Assembly (NCBI RefSeq): GCF_988242995.1
Contig: NZ_OZ547043.1
Length of the DNA stretch: 64,000 bases
Direction: 5' to 3' (one strand)
Below are positions 9,822 through 20,764 of this stretch, piece by piece. Every line of letters starts with the position of its first letter. The first letter of the stretch is position 1. Both the position numbers and the translations under genes were made by a program. The notes beneath the pieces were generated by a model, which was not told where the DNA came from, made no database searches, and saw only the letters and a program-made list of their open reading frames with translations.

Positions 9822-10837
9822 CAGGTTCAGAAATGGCGAAAGCCGGTCTGCTGGAACAGAACCGACTTTCAGGTGCAAATCGTAACACACTCATTGCGGG
9901 AGGAATTATGGCAAACACTGCTGAGATATTCAATTTTCCAGTGCCGGATGCGGCACAAAAGGAGCCGCGCGTGGCAGATCTCGATGATGGTTATACGCGC
10001 ATTGCAAATGAGTTGCTGGAAGCTGTGATGCTGGCCGGATTAACACAGCACCAGCTTCTGGTCTTTCTGGCTGTCATGCGCAAAACATATGGCTTTAATA
10101 AAAAACTGGATTGGGTTAGCAACGAGCAACTTTCCGAATTAACCGGGATATTGCCGCACAAGTGTTCTGCTGCAAAAAGTGTTCTGGTAAAGCGTGGGAT
10201 TTTTATTCAGAGCGGGCGGAATACCGGCATTAATAATGTGGTCAGTGAATGGTCAACATTACCCGAATCAGGTAAGAGAAATAAAGTTTACCTGAAAGAG
10301 GTAAATTTACCTGAATCAGGTAAAAAAAGTTTACCCAAATCAGGTAAAGGCGTTTACCCGAATCAGGTAAACACAAAAGACAAACTAACAAAAGACAATA
10401 TAAAACCTTTTTCGTCCGAGAATTCTGGCGAATCCTCTGACCAACCAGAAAACGATCTTCCTGTGGTGAAACCGGATGCTGCAATTCAGAGCGGCAGCAA
10501 GTGGGGGACAGCAGAAGACCTGACCGCCGCAGAGTGGATGTTTGACATGGTGAAGACCATCGCGCCATCAGCCAGAAAACCGAATTTTGCAGGGTGGGCT
10601 AACGATATCCGCCTGATGCGTGAACGTGACGGACGTAACCACCGCGACATGTGCGTGCTGTTCCGCTGGGCATGCCAGGACAACTTCTGGTCCGGTAACG
10701 TGCTAAGTCCGGCCAAACTCCGCGACAAGTGGACCCAGCTCGAAATCAACCGAAACAAGCAACAGGCTGGCGTGACAGCCGGCAAACCAAAACTCGACCT
10801 GACGAACACTGACTGGATTTACGGGGTGGAGCTATGA
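9818..10837 (+). CDS. O: Replication initiator O (alternative start ATG 9908)
   Basis: Lambda O-like protein whose coding sequence contains the ori iterons; stop overlaps the P start. Confidence 0.8.
   Translation: MTGSEMAKAGLLEQNRLSGANRNTLIAGGIMANTAEIFNFPVPDAAQKEPRVADLDDGYTRIANELLEAVMLAGLTQHQLLVFLAVMRKTYGFNKKLDWVSNEQLSELTGILPHKCSAAKSVLVKRGIFIQSGRNTGINNVVSEWSTLPESGKRNKVYLKEVNLPESGKKSLPKSGKGVYPNQVNTKDKLTKDNIKPFSSENSGESSDQPENDLPVVKPDAAIQSGSKWGTAEDLTAAEWMFDMVKTIAPSARKPNFAGWANDIRLMRERDGRNHRDMCVLFRWACQDNFWSGNVLSPAKLRDKWTQLEINRNKQQAGVTAGKPKLDLTNTDWIYGVEL
10256..10370. repeat. Phage origin iterons inside O (5 copies of TTTACC(C/T)GAATCAGGTAA-like repeat)
   Basis: Directly repeated about 18-bp units at about 20-bp spacing within the O reading frame, as in lambda ori. 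Confidence 0.7.
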
Positions 10838-11535
10838 AAAACATCGCCGCACAGATGGTTAACTTTGACTGTGAGCAGATGCGCCGGATCGCCAACAACA
10901 TGCCGGAACAGTACGACGAAAAGCCACAGGTACAGCAGGTAGCGCAGATCATCAACGGTGTGTTCAGCCAGTTACTGGCAACTTTCCCGGCGAGCCTGGC
11001 TAACCGTGACCAGAATGAACTGAACGAAATCCGCCGCCAGTGGGTTCTGGCTTTCCGGGAAAACGGGATCACCACAATGGAACAGGTTAACGCTGGAATG
11101 CGCGTAGCCCGTCGGCAGAATCGACCATTCCTGCCATCACCCGGGCAGTTTGTCGCCTGGTGCCGGGAAGAAGCATCTGTTAACGCCGGGCTGCCAAACG
11201 TCAGCGAGCTGGTTGATATGGTTTACGAGTATTGCCGGAAGCGTGGCCTGTATCCGGATGCAGAGTCTTATCCGTGGAAATCGAACGCGCATTACTGGTT
11301 GGTTACCAACTTGTACCAGAACATGCGGGCCAATGCGCTGACTGACGCGGAATTACGGCGCAAGGCTGCCGATGAACTGACCTGTATGACAGCGCGAATT
11401 AACCGTGGTGAGACGATACCTGAACCAGTAAAACAACTTCCTGTTATGGGCGGTAGACCTCTAAATCGTGCACAGGCTCTGGCGAAGATCGCAGAAATTA
11501 AAGCTAAGTTTGGACTGAAAGGATCGATGAAATAG
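10834..11535 (+). CDS. P: Replication protein P (DnaB loader)
   Basis: 233-aa ORF near-identical to lambda P (MKNIAAQMVNFD...). Confidence 0.95.
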   Translation: MKNIAAQMVNFDCEQMRRIANNMPEQYDEKPQVQQVAQIINGVFSQLLATFPASLANRDQNELNEIRRQWVLAFRENGITTMEQVNAGMRVARRQNRPFLPSPGQFVAWCREEASVNAGLPNVSELVDMVYEYCRKRGLYPDAESYPWKSNAHYWLVTNLYQNMRANALTDAELRRKAADELTCMTARINRGETIPEPVKQLPVMGGRPLNRAQALAKIAEIKAKFGLKGSMK

Positions 11536-11774
11536 AGCTAAAATATTAGCTTTAAAATAAAGTATATCTAGCGAATATAATCCAGGACTGGTTGTAATGC
11601 CCGCAATAATTGATTGCGTGAGTAATAAAATTTTTCTTCCATTGTAATCATTTAACCATAAAGTTTATGAGGATATTTTATTTGTGTGTTGATTTTTTTG
11701 TAACGTTCTGTATATTTCGCACCTCTTGTCATACCAGTTATTTTTTTCATTATATTCATAACGTTGATTGAACT

Positions 11775-14700
11775 ATGACCACTGTGAATAAAAAGTTAAA
11801 AAAAACTGCATCTGGCGCGATTACATGGTCAGTAATTGTTACCCAGATATTATCTCCAGTTTCTCTTTCTTTGATTCCGGCAAACAGTTTTGCATCGTCT
11901 GATAATAAAGATGTTACGCAAATTTATGCTAGCGATGAGCGTGCAAATAAAGTGGCCTCATTTGCAGTAAGTGCAGGTCAGAGTCTGGCGAATAATAATG
12001 CAAGTAGTTTTGCTGTAAATACTTTATCAACTCAGGCGACAAAAGAGGTCGTCGATTGGTTGCAACAATATGGCAATGCGCGCATCAAGCTTAATGTCGA
12101 TGATTCTTTTTCCTTGAAGGATTCATCATTCGACTTTTTATATCCATGGCTGGATACTCAGGATTATGTGCTATTCAGTCAGACATCACTACATCGTACT
12201 GATGACCGTAATCAGACCAATATTGGTTTGGGGATTCGTCATTTCACTCCTGATAATGCAATGTTGGGTGCGAATGTTTTCTACGATTATGATTTAAGTC
12301 GCAGCCACTCTCGCGCAGGTTTTGGGGTTGAGTACTGGAGAGATTATTTCAGGTTTGGTGTAAATACCTATTTTGGTTTATCTGACTGGAAGGACAGTCG
12401 GGATATTGATGATTATCTGGAAAGACCCGCAAATGGCTGGGATTTTTCTGCTGAAGGATGGCTACCTGCTTATCCGCAATTAGGGGCATCTATTCAGTTT
12501 GAAAAATATTATGGTAAAAATGTCGGATTATTTGGAAGCGATAATCTGCAGGAAAACCCTTACGCAGTTACTGGGGGAATTTCTTATACACCAGTTCCTC
12601 TGATTAAGTTTTCTGCACAGCATAAGCAAGGACAGAGCAACGTTCACGATACAACCTTTGGTGTTGAGTTTAATTACCGCCCAGGCGTTTCCCTTGCTGA
12701 ACAGCTTAGCAGTGACAATGTTGCAGTTATGCGAGAAGTCCAGAACCGGCGTTATGATTTTGTTGAACGAAATAACAACATTGTTCTGGAGTACAAGAAG
12801 AAGCATGCACTGAAAATCAGCTTACCAGAGTCTGTTCAGGGGGATGGCGAATCAATCATCCCTGTAACACTGACAATCAACAATGCCAGTGGTGGTATCA
12901 AGTCTGTACAGTGGAATGATAGTGTATTCACTGCGGCTGGCGGTAAGATCAGTGGAAATGGCACATCATGGCAGGTCACTTTACCGGCTTATAAAAGCGA
13001 AGGTGTAAATTCGTGGAATGTTGGAGCCACGGTCCAGGATAATAGAGGCAACGTTTCCAACTATGCGGTGATGAATATTAGCGTTATTAATAGTGGTGTC
13101 TCGACAGCGGATTCTTCTTTTATGTTGGATGGAGATTCATCTCCGACGATCTCTGCTGATGGTCAATCCACTCATCCAATAGTATTAAGCCTGAAAGACA
13201 GTAACGGTAAGGCATTAACCGGACTGGCTGATGACATTGAAATGTCAGTGGAATTTACTGCGGATAGCAATAGTGCTCGACAGCGTGAAACGGTAACTGC
13301 CCCGTCATTAGGCGCGGTAGAGGAAATCTCTGCTGGTGTATATCGCTCTGTTCTGACTGCTGGTTCGCAGGCTGGCACAGTACGTGTAACAGCAAAAGTT
13401 CAGGGAAAAACCTTTACTTTGAATATTAAGCAGGCAGCCGTTATTGATAGTGATGTCTCGACAGCGGATTCTTCTTTTACGTTGGATGGTGATTCGTCTC
13501 CGACGATCTCTGCTGATGGTCAATCCACTCATCCAATAGTATTAAGCCTGAAAGACAGTAACGGTAAGGCATTAACCGGACTGGCTGATGACATTGAAAT
13601 GTCAGTGGAATTTACTGCGGATAGCAATAATGCTCGACAGCGTGAAACGGTAACTGCCCCGTCATTAGGCGCGGTAGAGGAAATCTCTGCTGGTGTATAT
13701 CGCTCTGTTCTGACTGCTGGTTCGCAGGCTGGTACGGTACGTGTAACTGCAAAAGTAATGGATAAAACATTTACTCTCAGTATTAAGCAAACAGCAGCAA
13801 CAGAACCTGATTCTGAGGTCAGTGCTGTTTTAACCGCTGCACCAGCAGAACAGGTAGTTGGTTACAATATCAATCTACAACTGGCAGTGAAGGATTCACA
13901 AGGAAATGCAATCACTGGTGATAACACTCTGAGCTTTTATGCTCTTAACCAGGCAGAAGGAGTCGAGTTTGGGGCAGTAACGGAAAAAGACGGTGTCTAT
14001 AGCGCGACAGTAACTTCAAAACGAGCTGGTAAGATTCGGATCGGTGTTAAATCGGGTAGTCACAATTTCTCAGGTATTGAGAAAGAAATCTCCTTTATTG
14101 AAGATCGAACACAGTTCGCATTCTCTCGTATTGAAGCCAGTAAAAATAATGCATTGGCTGACGGCAAACAAAAGAATACGGTGACTGTAAGCCTTGCAGA
14201 TCGTTTCGGCAATGTTGTGCCCGGTTATGCTGTTACGCTGTCCTTACCTGCGGGGGTAACTCAAGTTGGTGGTGAACATGCTGTGTCAACTGACGAAAAC
14301 GGTAATGCTGTTTTTGCGTTAATAAGCTCCACTCCGGGTTCTTACGTGATTAAAGCTCATGCTGGTTCTCAGATGTCTACTGAGTTAACAGTAACCTTTG
14401 CATCAAATATGATCGGAGCTTCACTGTCACTGACGCCTGGAAACAGTAGCTTAATTTCCAATATTCCTGCTAATGGTAAGGATGCTGCGGTATTGAATGT
14501 GCAACTGACAAATACGAATGCGTCGGTCAATGGACAGAAGATTCAGCTCATCACCTCATCTGAAGGATTGTCTGTACCGACAAATATCGTGACTGATTCA
14601 ACAGGGCATGTTTCCGTACCACTTACAACGGTGAGAGCTGGTGAGTATACGGTGGCTGCACGAGTGACTGACGGTTCCCATAGTGTGGAGTCTGGCAGCG

Positions 14701-15683
14701 TTAAGTTAACTTTTGTACCAGATGCTGCTTCCGCAGAACTTACTATGAGTACATCAAAACAGCAGATTGTGGCCGATGGTAGTGAAAGTGCAACAGTGGA
14801 CATTCAGTTGGTTGATGCCAATAACAATGCGTTTACAGGCGATGTGGATTTAACGGTTACACCATCGACGGGAGCATCATTGACCAGTAGTAAACTGCAG
14901 TTGGATGCTCATGGACAGGCAACAACGCAGTTCACAGCATCGAAATCAGGCCAGTACACAATTCAGGCTGAGTATGTTCTAGATGGGAAACGTATAACCG
15001 CAAGCAAAAATATTGATGCCGTGACGGATGTGAAGGAGGCTGTGTTGGAGATCACATCATCTGCATCTTCGGCTGTAGTGAGCGATACCAACAATCTGAT
15101 ATTTACGTTACTGTTGAAAAGTACGTCAGGCGAAGTATTAAGTGGTCGAGTATTGAATATCAAGGCATCTGGGCCGTCCAAATATGGTGCGTTGGTGGTT
15201 GATAAAACCACTGTAACGACTGATGAGTATGGTCTGGCTACGGTAAGCGTACATGGTCGAACGGCTGGTTCGTATAAATTAACGGCGACCTTAGATGAAC
15301 TTGGCAGTGATGTTAGTGAGGTGAAGTCATTCTCTCTGTATGCTGATGAGGCAAATGGAGTATTGACACTGCATAAAGATGGAGGCTATGACACAGATGA
15401 TGGTACTCCAGTGGGGGTTTATGCCCGATTTGTTGACCATTTCGGCAATCCGTTATCTGGTACGGTTGAGTTTTCTGCTGGTAGTGAAGATAGTCCAAAC
15501 TCTCAACTGGTTAAAATGGAGCCTGCTACAGTAACGTTACACTGGACAGGTAATGCAGCCTCGGAGTTCAGCACCTATGAAAGCGGTTATCACTGGATTA
15601 AGGCCAAAATAACGAACAGCAAAAATACATATGAGAAAACAATAAGGACTTATGTTGTAAAGCTCCCTGAAAAGGATAGTTAA
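11775..15683 (+). CDS. Inverse-autotransporter (intimin/invasin-family) adhesin with repeated Ig-like domains
   Basis: 1302-aa ORF: long signal peptide, beta-barrel-like N-terminal region, then many Big-type repeats; AT-rich upstream region. Confidence 0.75.
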   Translation: MTTVNKKLKKTASGAITWSVIVTQILSPVSLSLIPANSFASSDNKDVTQIYASDERANKVASFAVSAGQSLANNNASSFAVNTLSTQATKEVVDWLQQYGNARIKLNVDDSFSLKDSSFDFLYPWLDTQDYVLFSQTSLHRTDDRNQTNIGLGIRHFTPDNAMLGANVFYDYDLSRSHSRAGFGVEYWRDYFRFGVNTYFGLSDWKDSRDIDDYLERPANGWDFSAEGWLPAYPQLGASIQFEKYYGKNVGLFGSDNLQENPYAVTGGISYTPVPLIKFSAQHKQGQSNVHDTTFGVEFNYRPGVSLAEQLSSDNVAVMREVQNRRYDFVERNNNIVLEYKKKHALKISLPESVQGDGESIIPVTLTINNASGGIKSVQWNDSVFTAAGGKISGNGTSWQVTLPAYKSEGVNSWNVGATVQDNRGNVSNYAVMNISVINSGVSTADSSFMLDGDSSPTISADGQSTHPIVLSLKDSNGKALTGLADDIEMSVEFTADSNSARQRETVTAPSLGAVEEISAGVYRSVLTAGSQAGTVRVTAKVQGKTFTLNIKQAAVIDSDVSTADSSFTLDGDSSPTISADGQSTHPIVLSLKDSNGKALTGLADDIEMSVEFTADSNNARQRETVTAPSLGAVEEISAGVYRSVLTAGSQAGTVRVTAKVMDKTFTLSIKQTAATEPDSEVSAVLTAAPAEQVVGYNINLQLAVKDSQGNAITGDNTLSFYALNQAEGVEFGAVTEKDGVYSATVTSKRAGKIRIGVKSGSHNFSGIEKEISFIEDRTQFAFSRIEASKNNALADGKQKNTVTVSLADRFGNVVPGYAVTLSLPAGVTQVGGEHAVSTDENGNAVFALISSTPGSYVIKAHAGSQMSTELTVTFASNMIGASLSLTPGNSSLISNIPANGKDAAVLNVQLTNTNASVNGQKIQLITSSEGLSVPTNIVTDSTGHVSVPLTTVRAGEYTVAARVTDGSHSVESGSVKLTFVPDAASAELTMSTSKQQIVADGSESATVDIQLVDANNNAFTGDVDLTVTPSTGASLTSSKLQLDAHGQATTQFTASKSGQYTIQAEYVLDGKRITASKNIDAVTDVKEAVLEITSSASSAVVSDTNNLIFTLLLKSTSGEVLSGRVLNIKASGPSKYGALVVDKTTVTTDEYGLATVSVHGRTAGSYKLTATLDELGSDVSEVKSFSLYADEANGVLTLHKDGGYDTDDGTPVGVYARFVDHFGNPLSGTVEFSAGSEDSPNSQLVKMEPATVTLHWTGNAASEFSTYESGYHWIKAKITNSKNTYEKTIRTYVVKLPEKDS
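13083..13796. repeat. Near-perfect tandem duplication (2 x 357 bp) inside the adhesin gene
   Basis: 13083-13439 and 13440-13796 differ at only a few positions; each encodes one 119-aa Ig-like repeat. Confidence 0.9.
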
Positions 15684-15694
15684 CAAAACAGAAT

Positions 15695-15722
15695 AGGGAG
15701 GGCTAAGCCCTCCCACTTTTTA
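15695..15722 (+). terminator. Rho-independent terminator after the adhesin gene
   Basis: GGGAGGGCT-AA-GCCCTCCC hairpin followed by a T-run. Confidence 0.6.
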
Positions 15723-15981
15723 ATTGAGACGGACTGTTTCTTAAATTCACTTACGTTAGATATGAACTGGTTATTTTTTATAACAATAAAAGACTTTTGA
15801 TTTTTGAATATCAGTAAGTAATAATGATTTACGTCGACAGACTGAACATCTGTTGGTGACTTCTGCGCTAAACGGGGACGTTTATGCGCACATACAATCT
15901 AAACTCTCTTCTCTCTTCACAGATGCAGAAATGCACCTGCGATTCTTTGCATCCAACGTTTGACCTCTGCGGAGGTGAAGC

Positions 15982-16437
15982 GTGAACCTCCCACAAGATG
16001 GCATCAAATTACATCGCGGTAACTTCACCGCTATCGGTCGGCAGATCCAGCCTTATCTGGAGGACGGCAAATGCTTTCGCATGGTGCTTAAACCGTGGCG
16101 CGAGAGACGCAGTCTTTCCCAGAATGCACTCAGCCACATGTGGTACAGCGAAATCAGTGAATACCTCATCAGCAGGGGTAAAACGTTCGCCACTCCAGCT
16201 TGGGTAAAAGATGCTCTCAAACACACATATCTCGGTTATGAAACCAAAGACCTGGTTGATGTCGTAACCGGTGATATCACCACTATCCAGTCGTTACGCC
16301 ATACCTCCGACCTTGATACCGGAGAGATGTATGTCTTCCTGTGTAAGGTTGAAGCCTGGGCGATGAATATTGGCTGCCACCTGACTATTCCGCAGAGCTG
16401 CGAGTTCCAGCTGCTGCGTGATAAGCAGGAGGCGTAA
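15982..16437 (+). CDS. ybcN: DLP12-type YbcN protein (GTG start)
   Basis: 151-aa [30 protein letters not shown]... in the nin-region position; GGAGG upstream of GTG. Confidence 0.8.
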   Translation: MNLPQDGIKLHRGNFTAIGRQIQPYLEDGKCFRMVLKPWRERRSLSQNALSHMWYSEISEYLISRGKTFATPAWVKDALKHTYLGYETKDLVDVVTGDITTIQSLRHTSDLDTGEMYVFLCKVEAWAMNIGCHLTIPQSCEFQLLRDKQEA

Positions 16438-16607
16438 TGGCTACACCGCTTATTCGTGTCATGAACGGACACATCTACAAAGTACCAAATCGTCGTAAGC
16501 GTAAGCCTGAGCTGAAACCATCCGAAATACCAACACTGCTCGGATATACCGCCAGCCTGGTTGATAAAAAATGGTTGCGACTGGCAGCAAGGAGGAATCA
16601 TGGCTGA
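16437..16607 (+). CDS. ninE: NinE
   Basis: 56-aa [30 protein letters not shown]...; start overlaps the ybcN stop (TAATG). Confidence 0.75.
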   Translation: MATPLIRVMNGHIYKVPNRRKRKPELKPSEIPTLLGYTASLVDKKWLRLAARRNHG

Positions 16608-16890
16608 TTTGAGAAAAGCAGCGCGTGGTCGGGAATGCCAGGTAAGAATCCCTGGCGTATGTAATGGCAATCCTGAAACGTCTGTACTGGCACATATCCG
16701 GCTGGCTGGATTGTGCGGTACCGGTATCAAACCGCCAGACCTGATTGCCACCATTGCATGTTCTGCCTGTCACGACGAGATCGACCGTCGCACGCATTTT
16801 GTTGACGCTGGATATGCAAAAGAATGCGCGCTGGAAGGTATGGCGAGAACGCAGGTTATCTGGCTGAAAGAGGGGGTAATTAAGGCGTGA
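16600..16890 (+). CDS. ybcO: YbcO-type nin-region protein (Cys-rich)
   Basis: 96 aa from [28 protein letters not shown]...; overlaps the ninE end. Confidence 0.75.
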   Translation: MADLRKAARGRECQVRIPGVCNGNPETSVLAHIRLAGLCGTGIKPPDLIATIACSACHDEIDRRTHFVDAGYAKECALEGMARTQVIWLKEGVIKA

Positions 16891-17249
16891 ATACCTACAA
16901 TATCACATTACCCTGGCCGCCGAGCAATAATCGCTATTACCGCCATAATCGCGGGCGCACGCACATCAGCGCAGAGGGGCAGGCATACCGCGAAAACGTC
17001 GCCCGAATCATTAAAAACGCAATGCTGGATATCGGCCTGGCTATGCCTGTGAAAATCCGCATTGAGTGTCACATGCCGGATCGCCGTCGCCGTGACCTGG
17101 ATAATCTACAAAAGGCCGCTTTTGACCCACTCACCAAAGCAGGTTTCTGGTTGGATGATGCTCAGGTCGTTGATTACCGCGTTGTGAAGATGCCGGTTGT
17201 CAAAGGTGGAAAGCTGGAACTGACCATCACTGAACAGGGAGATGAATGA
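16887..17249 (+). CDS. rusA: Holliday-junction resolvase RusA
   Basis: 120-aa ORF matching RusA ([23 protein letters not shown]...). Confidence 0.9.
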   Translation: MNTYNITLPWPPSNNRYYRHNRGRTHISAEGQAYRENVARIIKNAMLDIGLAMPVKIRIECHMPDRRRRDLDNLQKAAFDPLTKAGFWLDDAQVVDYRVVKMPVVKGGKLELTITEQGDE

Positions 17250-17386
17250 TGTTTGAGTTTTATATGGCAGAACTTCTTCGCCACCGCTGGATGCGCCTGC
17301 GCTTATATCGTTTCCCCGGTTCTGTTTTGACCGATTACCGAATACTGAAGAATTACGCCAAAACACTGACAGGAGCAGGAGTATGA
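17246..17386 (+). CDS. ylcG: YlcG small protein
   Basis: 46-aa [18 protein letters not shown]... between rusA and quuD. Confidence 0.55.
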   Translation: MMFEFYMAELLRHRWMRLRLYRFPGSVLTDYRILKNYAKTLTGAGV

Positions 17387-17471
17387 AGTCAGAGATAACA
17401 ATCAACTAATGCTGTTTTGTTGATTTTTGCTTGTAATTGGCGTTCTGGTCTGAGTTTTGTGGAGTAAGTTG

Positions 17472-17849
17472 ATGCGTGATATTCAGATGGTTCTTGAGCG
17501 TTGGGGAGCGTGGGCGGCTAATAATCATGAAGATGTGACCTGGTCGTCCATTGCCGCCGGTTTTAAGGGATTAATTCCTTCAAAAGTAAAATCTCGCCCA
17601 CAATGTTGTGACGATGACGCGATGATCATTTGCGGGTGCATGGCCCGTCTGAAAAAGAACAACAGCGATTTGCATGATTTATTGGTGGACTATTATGTCG
17701 GCGGCATGACTTTTATGGCGCTTGCACGTAAGCATGGGCGATCTGATTGTTGGGTTGGCAGGATGCTCCAGAAAGCTGAGGGCGTAGTGGAGGGTATGCT
17801 GATGGTATTGGATCTCCGATTGGAGATGGATGCTGATTGTTCGAAATAA
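17472..17849 (+). CDS. quuD: Late-gene antiterminator Q
   Basis: ATG at 17472 with [33 protein letters not shown]... matches DLP12 QuuD. Confidence 0.85.
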   Translation: MRDIQMVLERWGAWAANNHEDVTWSSIAAGFKGLIPSKVKSRPQCCDDDAMIICGCMARLKKNNSDLHDLLVDYYVGGMTFMALARKHGRSDCWVGRMLQKAEGVVEGMLMVLDLRLEMDADCSK

Positions 17850-17947
17850 TTAAAGGAAAAGTTGCTGTCTGATTCTCATTAGTCTAACATTTTAAATGTT
17901 GGAATCGCAACGTAGTTATTATCATATAACAGCTTGTTTCCTGATTT

Positions 17948-17977
17948 AGCCAGCCTCCCCAAAGGCTGGTTTTTTTC
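17948..17977 (+). terminator. Candidate tR'-like terminator downstream of Q
   Basis: GCCAGCCT-CCCCAA-AGGCTGG hairpin followed by TTTTTTT. Confidence 0.5.
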
Positions 17978-18004
17978 TAATAAGTATTATATCGGGTAGG
18001 GATT

Positions 18005-18529
18005 TTATTGTTTAACCCATAATAATTCATTGACATTGAATCCCAACTTTTGAGCGGTTCGCACATAGTCTGCTTTTACTTTATCTGGAATAGTTGGGGT
18101 CCTTGCCAGAATCCATAGGTATTCTCTGTTCGGACCACTGACAAGAGCATACTTATACTCATCATCCAGTTTGATTACATTATAGCCACCATAGAAGGGG
18201 CCAAAAAACGAAACCTTCAACGCTGCAGTTTTAGTATCTCCAGTAAAGTATGCTTTACCTTCGCTCTCGCTCCATTTATTTTTCGTTGGATCGTATCCAC
18301 GGTTAAGTACACGAATCCCTCCGTCGTTCCGTTTTCCATAAGTAGCGCTGACCTGTTCCAGACCACGTTCGAACCGGTTCTCGAGGCGAGCTATTTCATA
18401 CCACTTTCCGAGGTAGCGGTTGGCGTCAAAATTTGTAATCGGCTGCACACCTTTAGGTGGTGTCGGGGCCTTACATGCTATAAGAGTGAAAGAGAGTGCA
18501 ATGCCAGTCAACACAGGCCATAACTTCAT
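18005..18529 (-). CDS. Blc-like outer-membrane lipocalin lipoprotein
   Basis: 174-aa ORF with lipobox (LIAC) and lipocalin motifs (NFDANRYLGKWYEIARL, KVSFFGPFYGGYNVI) closely resembling E. coli Blc. Confidence 0.8.
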   Translation of the reverse strand: MKLWPVLTGIALSFTLIACKAPTPPKGVQPITNFDANRYLGKWYEIARLENRFERGLEQVSATYGKRNDGGIRVLNRGYDPTKNKWSESEGKAYFTGDTKTAALKVSFFGPFYGGYNVIKLDDEYKYALVSGPNREYLWILARTPTIPDKVKADYVRTAQKLGFNVNELLWVKQ

Positions 18530-18721
18530 AATAAATCCTGTACTTTTGATAGTTGAGAGTAAGTATGAAAGATAGATGATTACGACCGATCACTTAAAGA
18601 ACTTTCATACTATATTAGGAATAGTCCATAACAGAAAAATTGTCAGTGATGACGCCAGAAAGGCAATTTATTCCGTGCACTACACAGTTTATGTGTTAAT
18701 GAATTAGTCAAGGGGGAGGAT

Positions 18722-19681
18722 ATGATAAAAAAACCTGTGATTGGAATCAGCGGTTGTCTGGCCGGTTCTGCTGTTCGTTTTGATGGTGGTCACAAAAGAG
18801 CTGACTTTTTAATGGACAAATTAGTGGAATGGGTAACATTCAGACCAGTATGTCCGGAAATGGCTATAGGGCTGCCAGTTCCGCGTCCTGCTCTACGTCT
18901 TGTGCGCTCGACGCAAGGAAATATACGGATGTGTTTCAGCCACGACCAGAATGAGGATGTGACAGAGAGAATGACAGAGTTTAGTCGTTCTTATATGGAC
19001 AAATTAAAGGATGTATCGGGGTTTGTGGTTTGTGCTAAATCTCCCAGCTGTGGCATGGAGCGCGTGCGTGTCTATGATGAAAATGGTAATCGAGGTCGTA
19101 AAGATGGAGTGGGACTATTTACGAGCACTTTGATGGAAAAGTTTTCCTGGCTACCGGTTGAAGAGGATGGGCGATTACATGATCCAGTGCTTCGTGAGAA
19201 TTTTGTTGAAAGAGTTTTTGCTTTGCATGAGCTCAATCACCTTTACAAGGAGAAATTATCAAGAAGAGAGTTATTAGCTTTTCATAGTCGTTATAAGCTT
19301 CAGTTGTTGGCGCATAGTCAGGCAGGCTATAAAGATATGGGACCATTTGTGGCTGCAATACACGAGTGGGCGGACCTTGAATCATACTTTGAGGTGTATC
19401 GTGATAAGCTGATGGCGATTCTCAGAAAACCTGCATCACGTAAAAATCACACGAATGTGCTGATGCATATACAGGGGTATTTTAGTAACTACTTAAGTAC
19501 ACGCCAGCGTAAAGAGTTGAGCGAGGTTATACTTAACTATCGTTCTGGCACATTACCTCTTCTTGCGCCGTTGACTCTGCTGAAGCATTATCTGGGTGAG
19601 TATCCTAATGATTACTTGCTTACACAGAATTACTTCGATCCCTATCCGGACGAACTGGCTCTAAGACTGATGGTAAATTAA
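18722..19681 (+). CDS. DUF523 (Cys-rich) / DUF1722 (YbgA-like) fusion protein
   Basis: 319-aa ORF with strong RBS AGGGGGAGGA; Cys-rich N-terminal half and YbgA-like C-terminal half (domain assignment from memory). Confidence 0.65.
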   Translation: MIKKPVIGISGCLAGSAVRFDGGHKRADFLMDKLVEWVTFRPVCPEMAIGLPVPRPALRLVRSTQGNIRMCFSHDQNEDVTERMTEFSRSYMDKLKDVSGFVVCAKSPSCGMERVRVYDENGNRGRKDGVGLFTSTLMEKFSWLPVEEDGRLHDPVLRENFVERVFALHELNHLYKEKLSRRELLAFHSRYKLQLLAHSQAGYKDMGPFVAAIHEWADLESYFEVYRDKLMAILRKPASRKNHTNVLMHIQGYFSNYLSTRQRKELSEVILNYRSGTLPLLAPLTLLKHYLGEYPNDYLLTQNYFDPYPDELALRLMVN

Positions 19682-20032
19682 TTGTATGCGATATCATCCA
19701 AAAGGATGAGTTCCTGCATGCAGGATATTTACAATCGTAAAAACTACACTATGATACCCAGAGTGTCAGTTTGTATAAAAACTCTGTTTACGCTGAAGAA
19801 ACCATTGAGATGCAACTTAAAGTTGGTAAACATGCCAGTCAAAATATATAATATTATGATTCCACGCAGCTATATATAATATAACAGATTGGTTTAATAA
19901 TTTGTCTTTGTGAGTTAAATACATAATTTTATACTTGTGATGCAATGAGATTTTCCTTATTGTTGAACTGGCGAATATTGATTTTCCACCTATACTTACC
20001 TGGTGTAACCCCAATGATATCAGGTGGATAAT

Positions 20033-20764
20033 ATGCCATACATATGTTCTATCATTTTGGTGTTGAACTCGTTTGATGTCCGAATTGGTAAAGAAGATAT
20101 TTTATTTAAAAAAGGAAGTGCTGTTCTCATTGATTACAATTTAAAAGATTTTTTTTCATCAAATATAGATCATGCAATGATCGTAGATGTTGAAGAGAAA
20201 ACAGTTAATGATTTCTTTAAAAGCAACACACTCTCACCTTTTTCTGTAAGAAGGTTTTATCCGGCATACTTGATGGTGGAATGTGAAGATTTTTCATTGT
20301 TAAAGAACTTGATTGCATGCTTGAATTGTGATGGCAGAACTGTGGATTTTGTTAGAAATCAAATATCACTTGCATGTCTTGCTATCTTATCTTCAGAGAA
20401 AATAGTGCAAAGTTTTTTATTTGGATGTCTTAATAGTTTAGGAAGTAAAGTTAAGGCTATTATTCACACGGATATATCTGCAGCATGGAGACTTTGTGAT
20501 ATATCTTCAAGACTGTATCTGAGTGAAAGTCTGTTAAAAAGAAAATTAAAGCACGAAGGCTTATCATTTAGTAAGTTAATTCTTGAAGAGCGAATGGTGA
20601 TGGCGGAAAGGTTATTAAGCTACAATTTATATTCTGTTGGAAAAGTTGCTGAGATATGCGGTTATGAAAACACGTCATATTTTGTAAGTGTTTTCAGAAG
20701 ATATTTTGGTGTTCCTCCCCATCAATATTCATCAAGACTTTTTTTAGAAAAAGACATGATGTAA
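20033..20764 (+). CDS. AraC/XylS-family transcriptional regulator (AppY-like)
   Basis: C-terminal AraC HTH (VAEICGYENTSYFVSVFRRYFGVPP); N-terminus parallels AppY; ORF-track start at 20024 is GTG, ATG at 20033 preferred. Confidence 0.75.
   Translation: MPYICSIILVLNSFDVRIGKEDILFKKGSAVLIDYNLKDFFSSNIDHAMIVDVEEKTVNDFFKSNTLSPFSVRRFYPAYLMVECEDFSLLKNLIACLNCDGRTVDFVRNQISLACLAILSSEKIVQSFLFGCLNSLGSKVKAIIHTDISAAWRLCDISSRLYLSESLLKRKLKHEGLSFSKLILEERMVMAERLLSYNLYSVGKVAEICGYENTSYFVSVFRRYFGVPPHQYSSRLFLEKDMM

Noticed and set aside
10256-10370. Short direct repeats that might be taken for a CRISPR array
   Set aside because: Only five imperfect about 18-bp units without spacer structure, located inside the O reading frame; these are replication-origin iterons.
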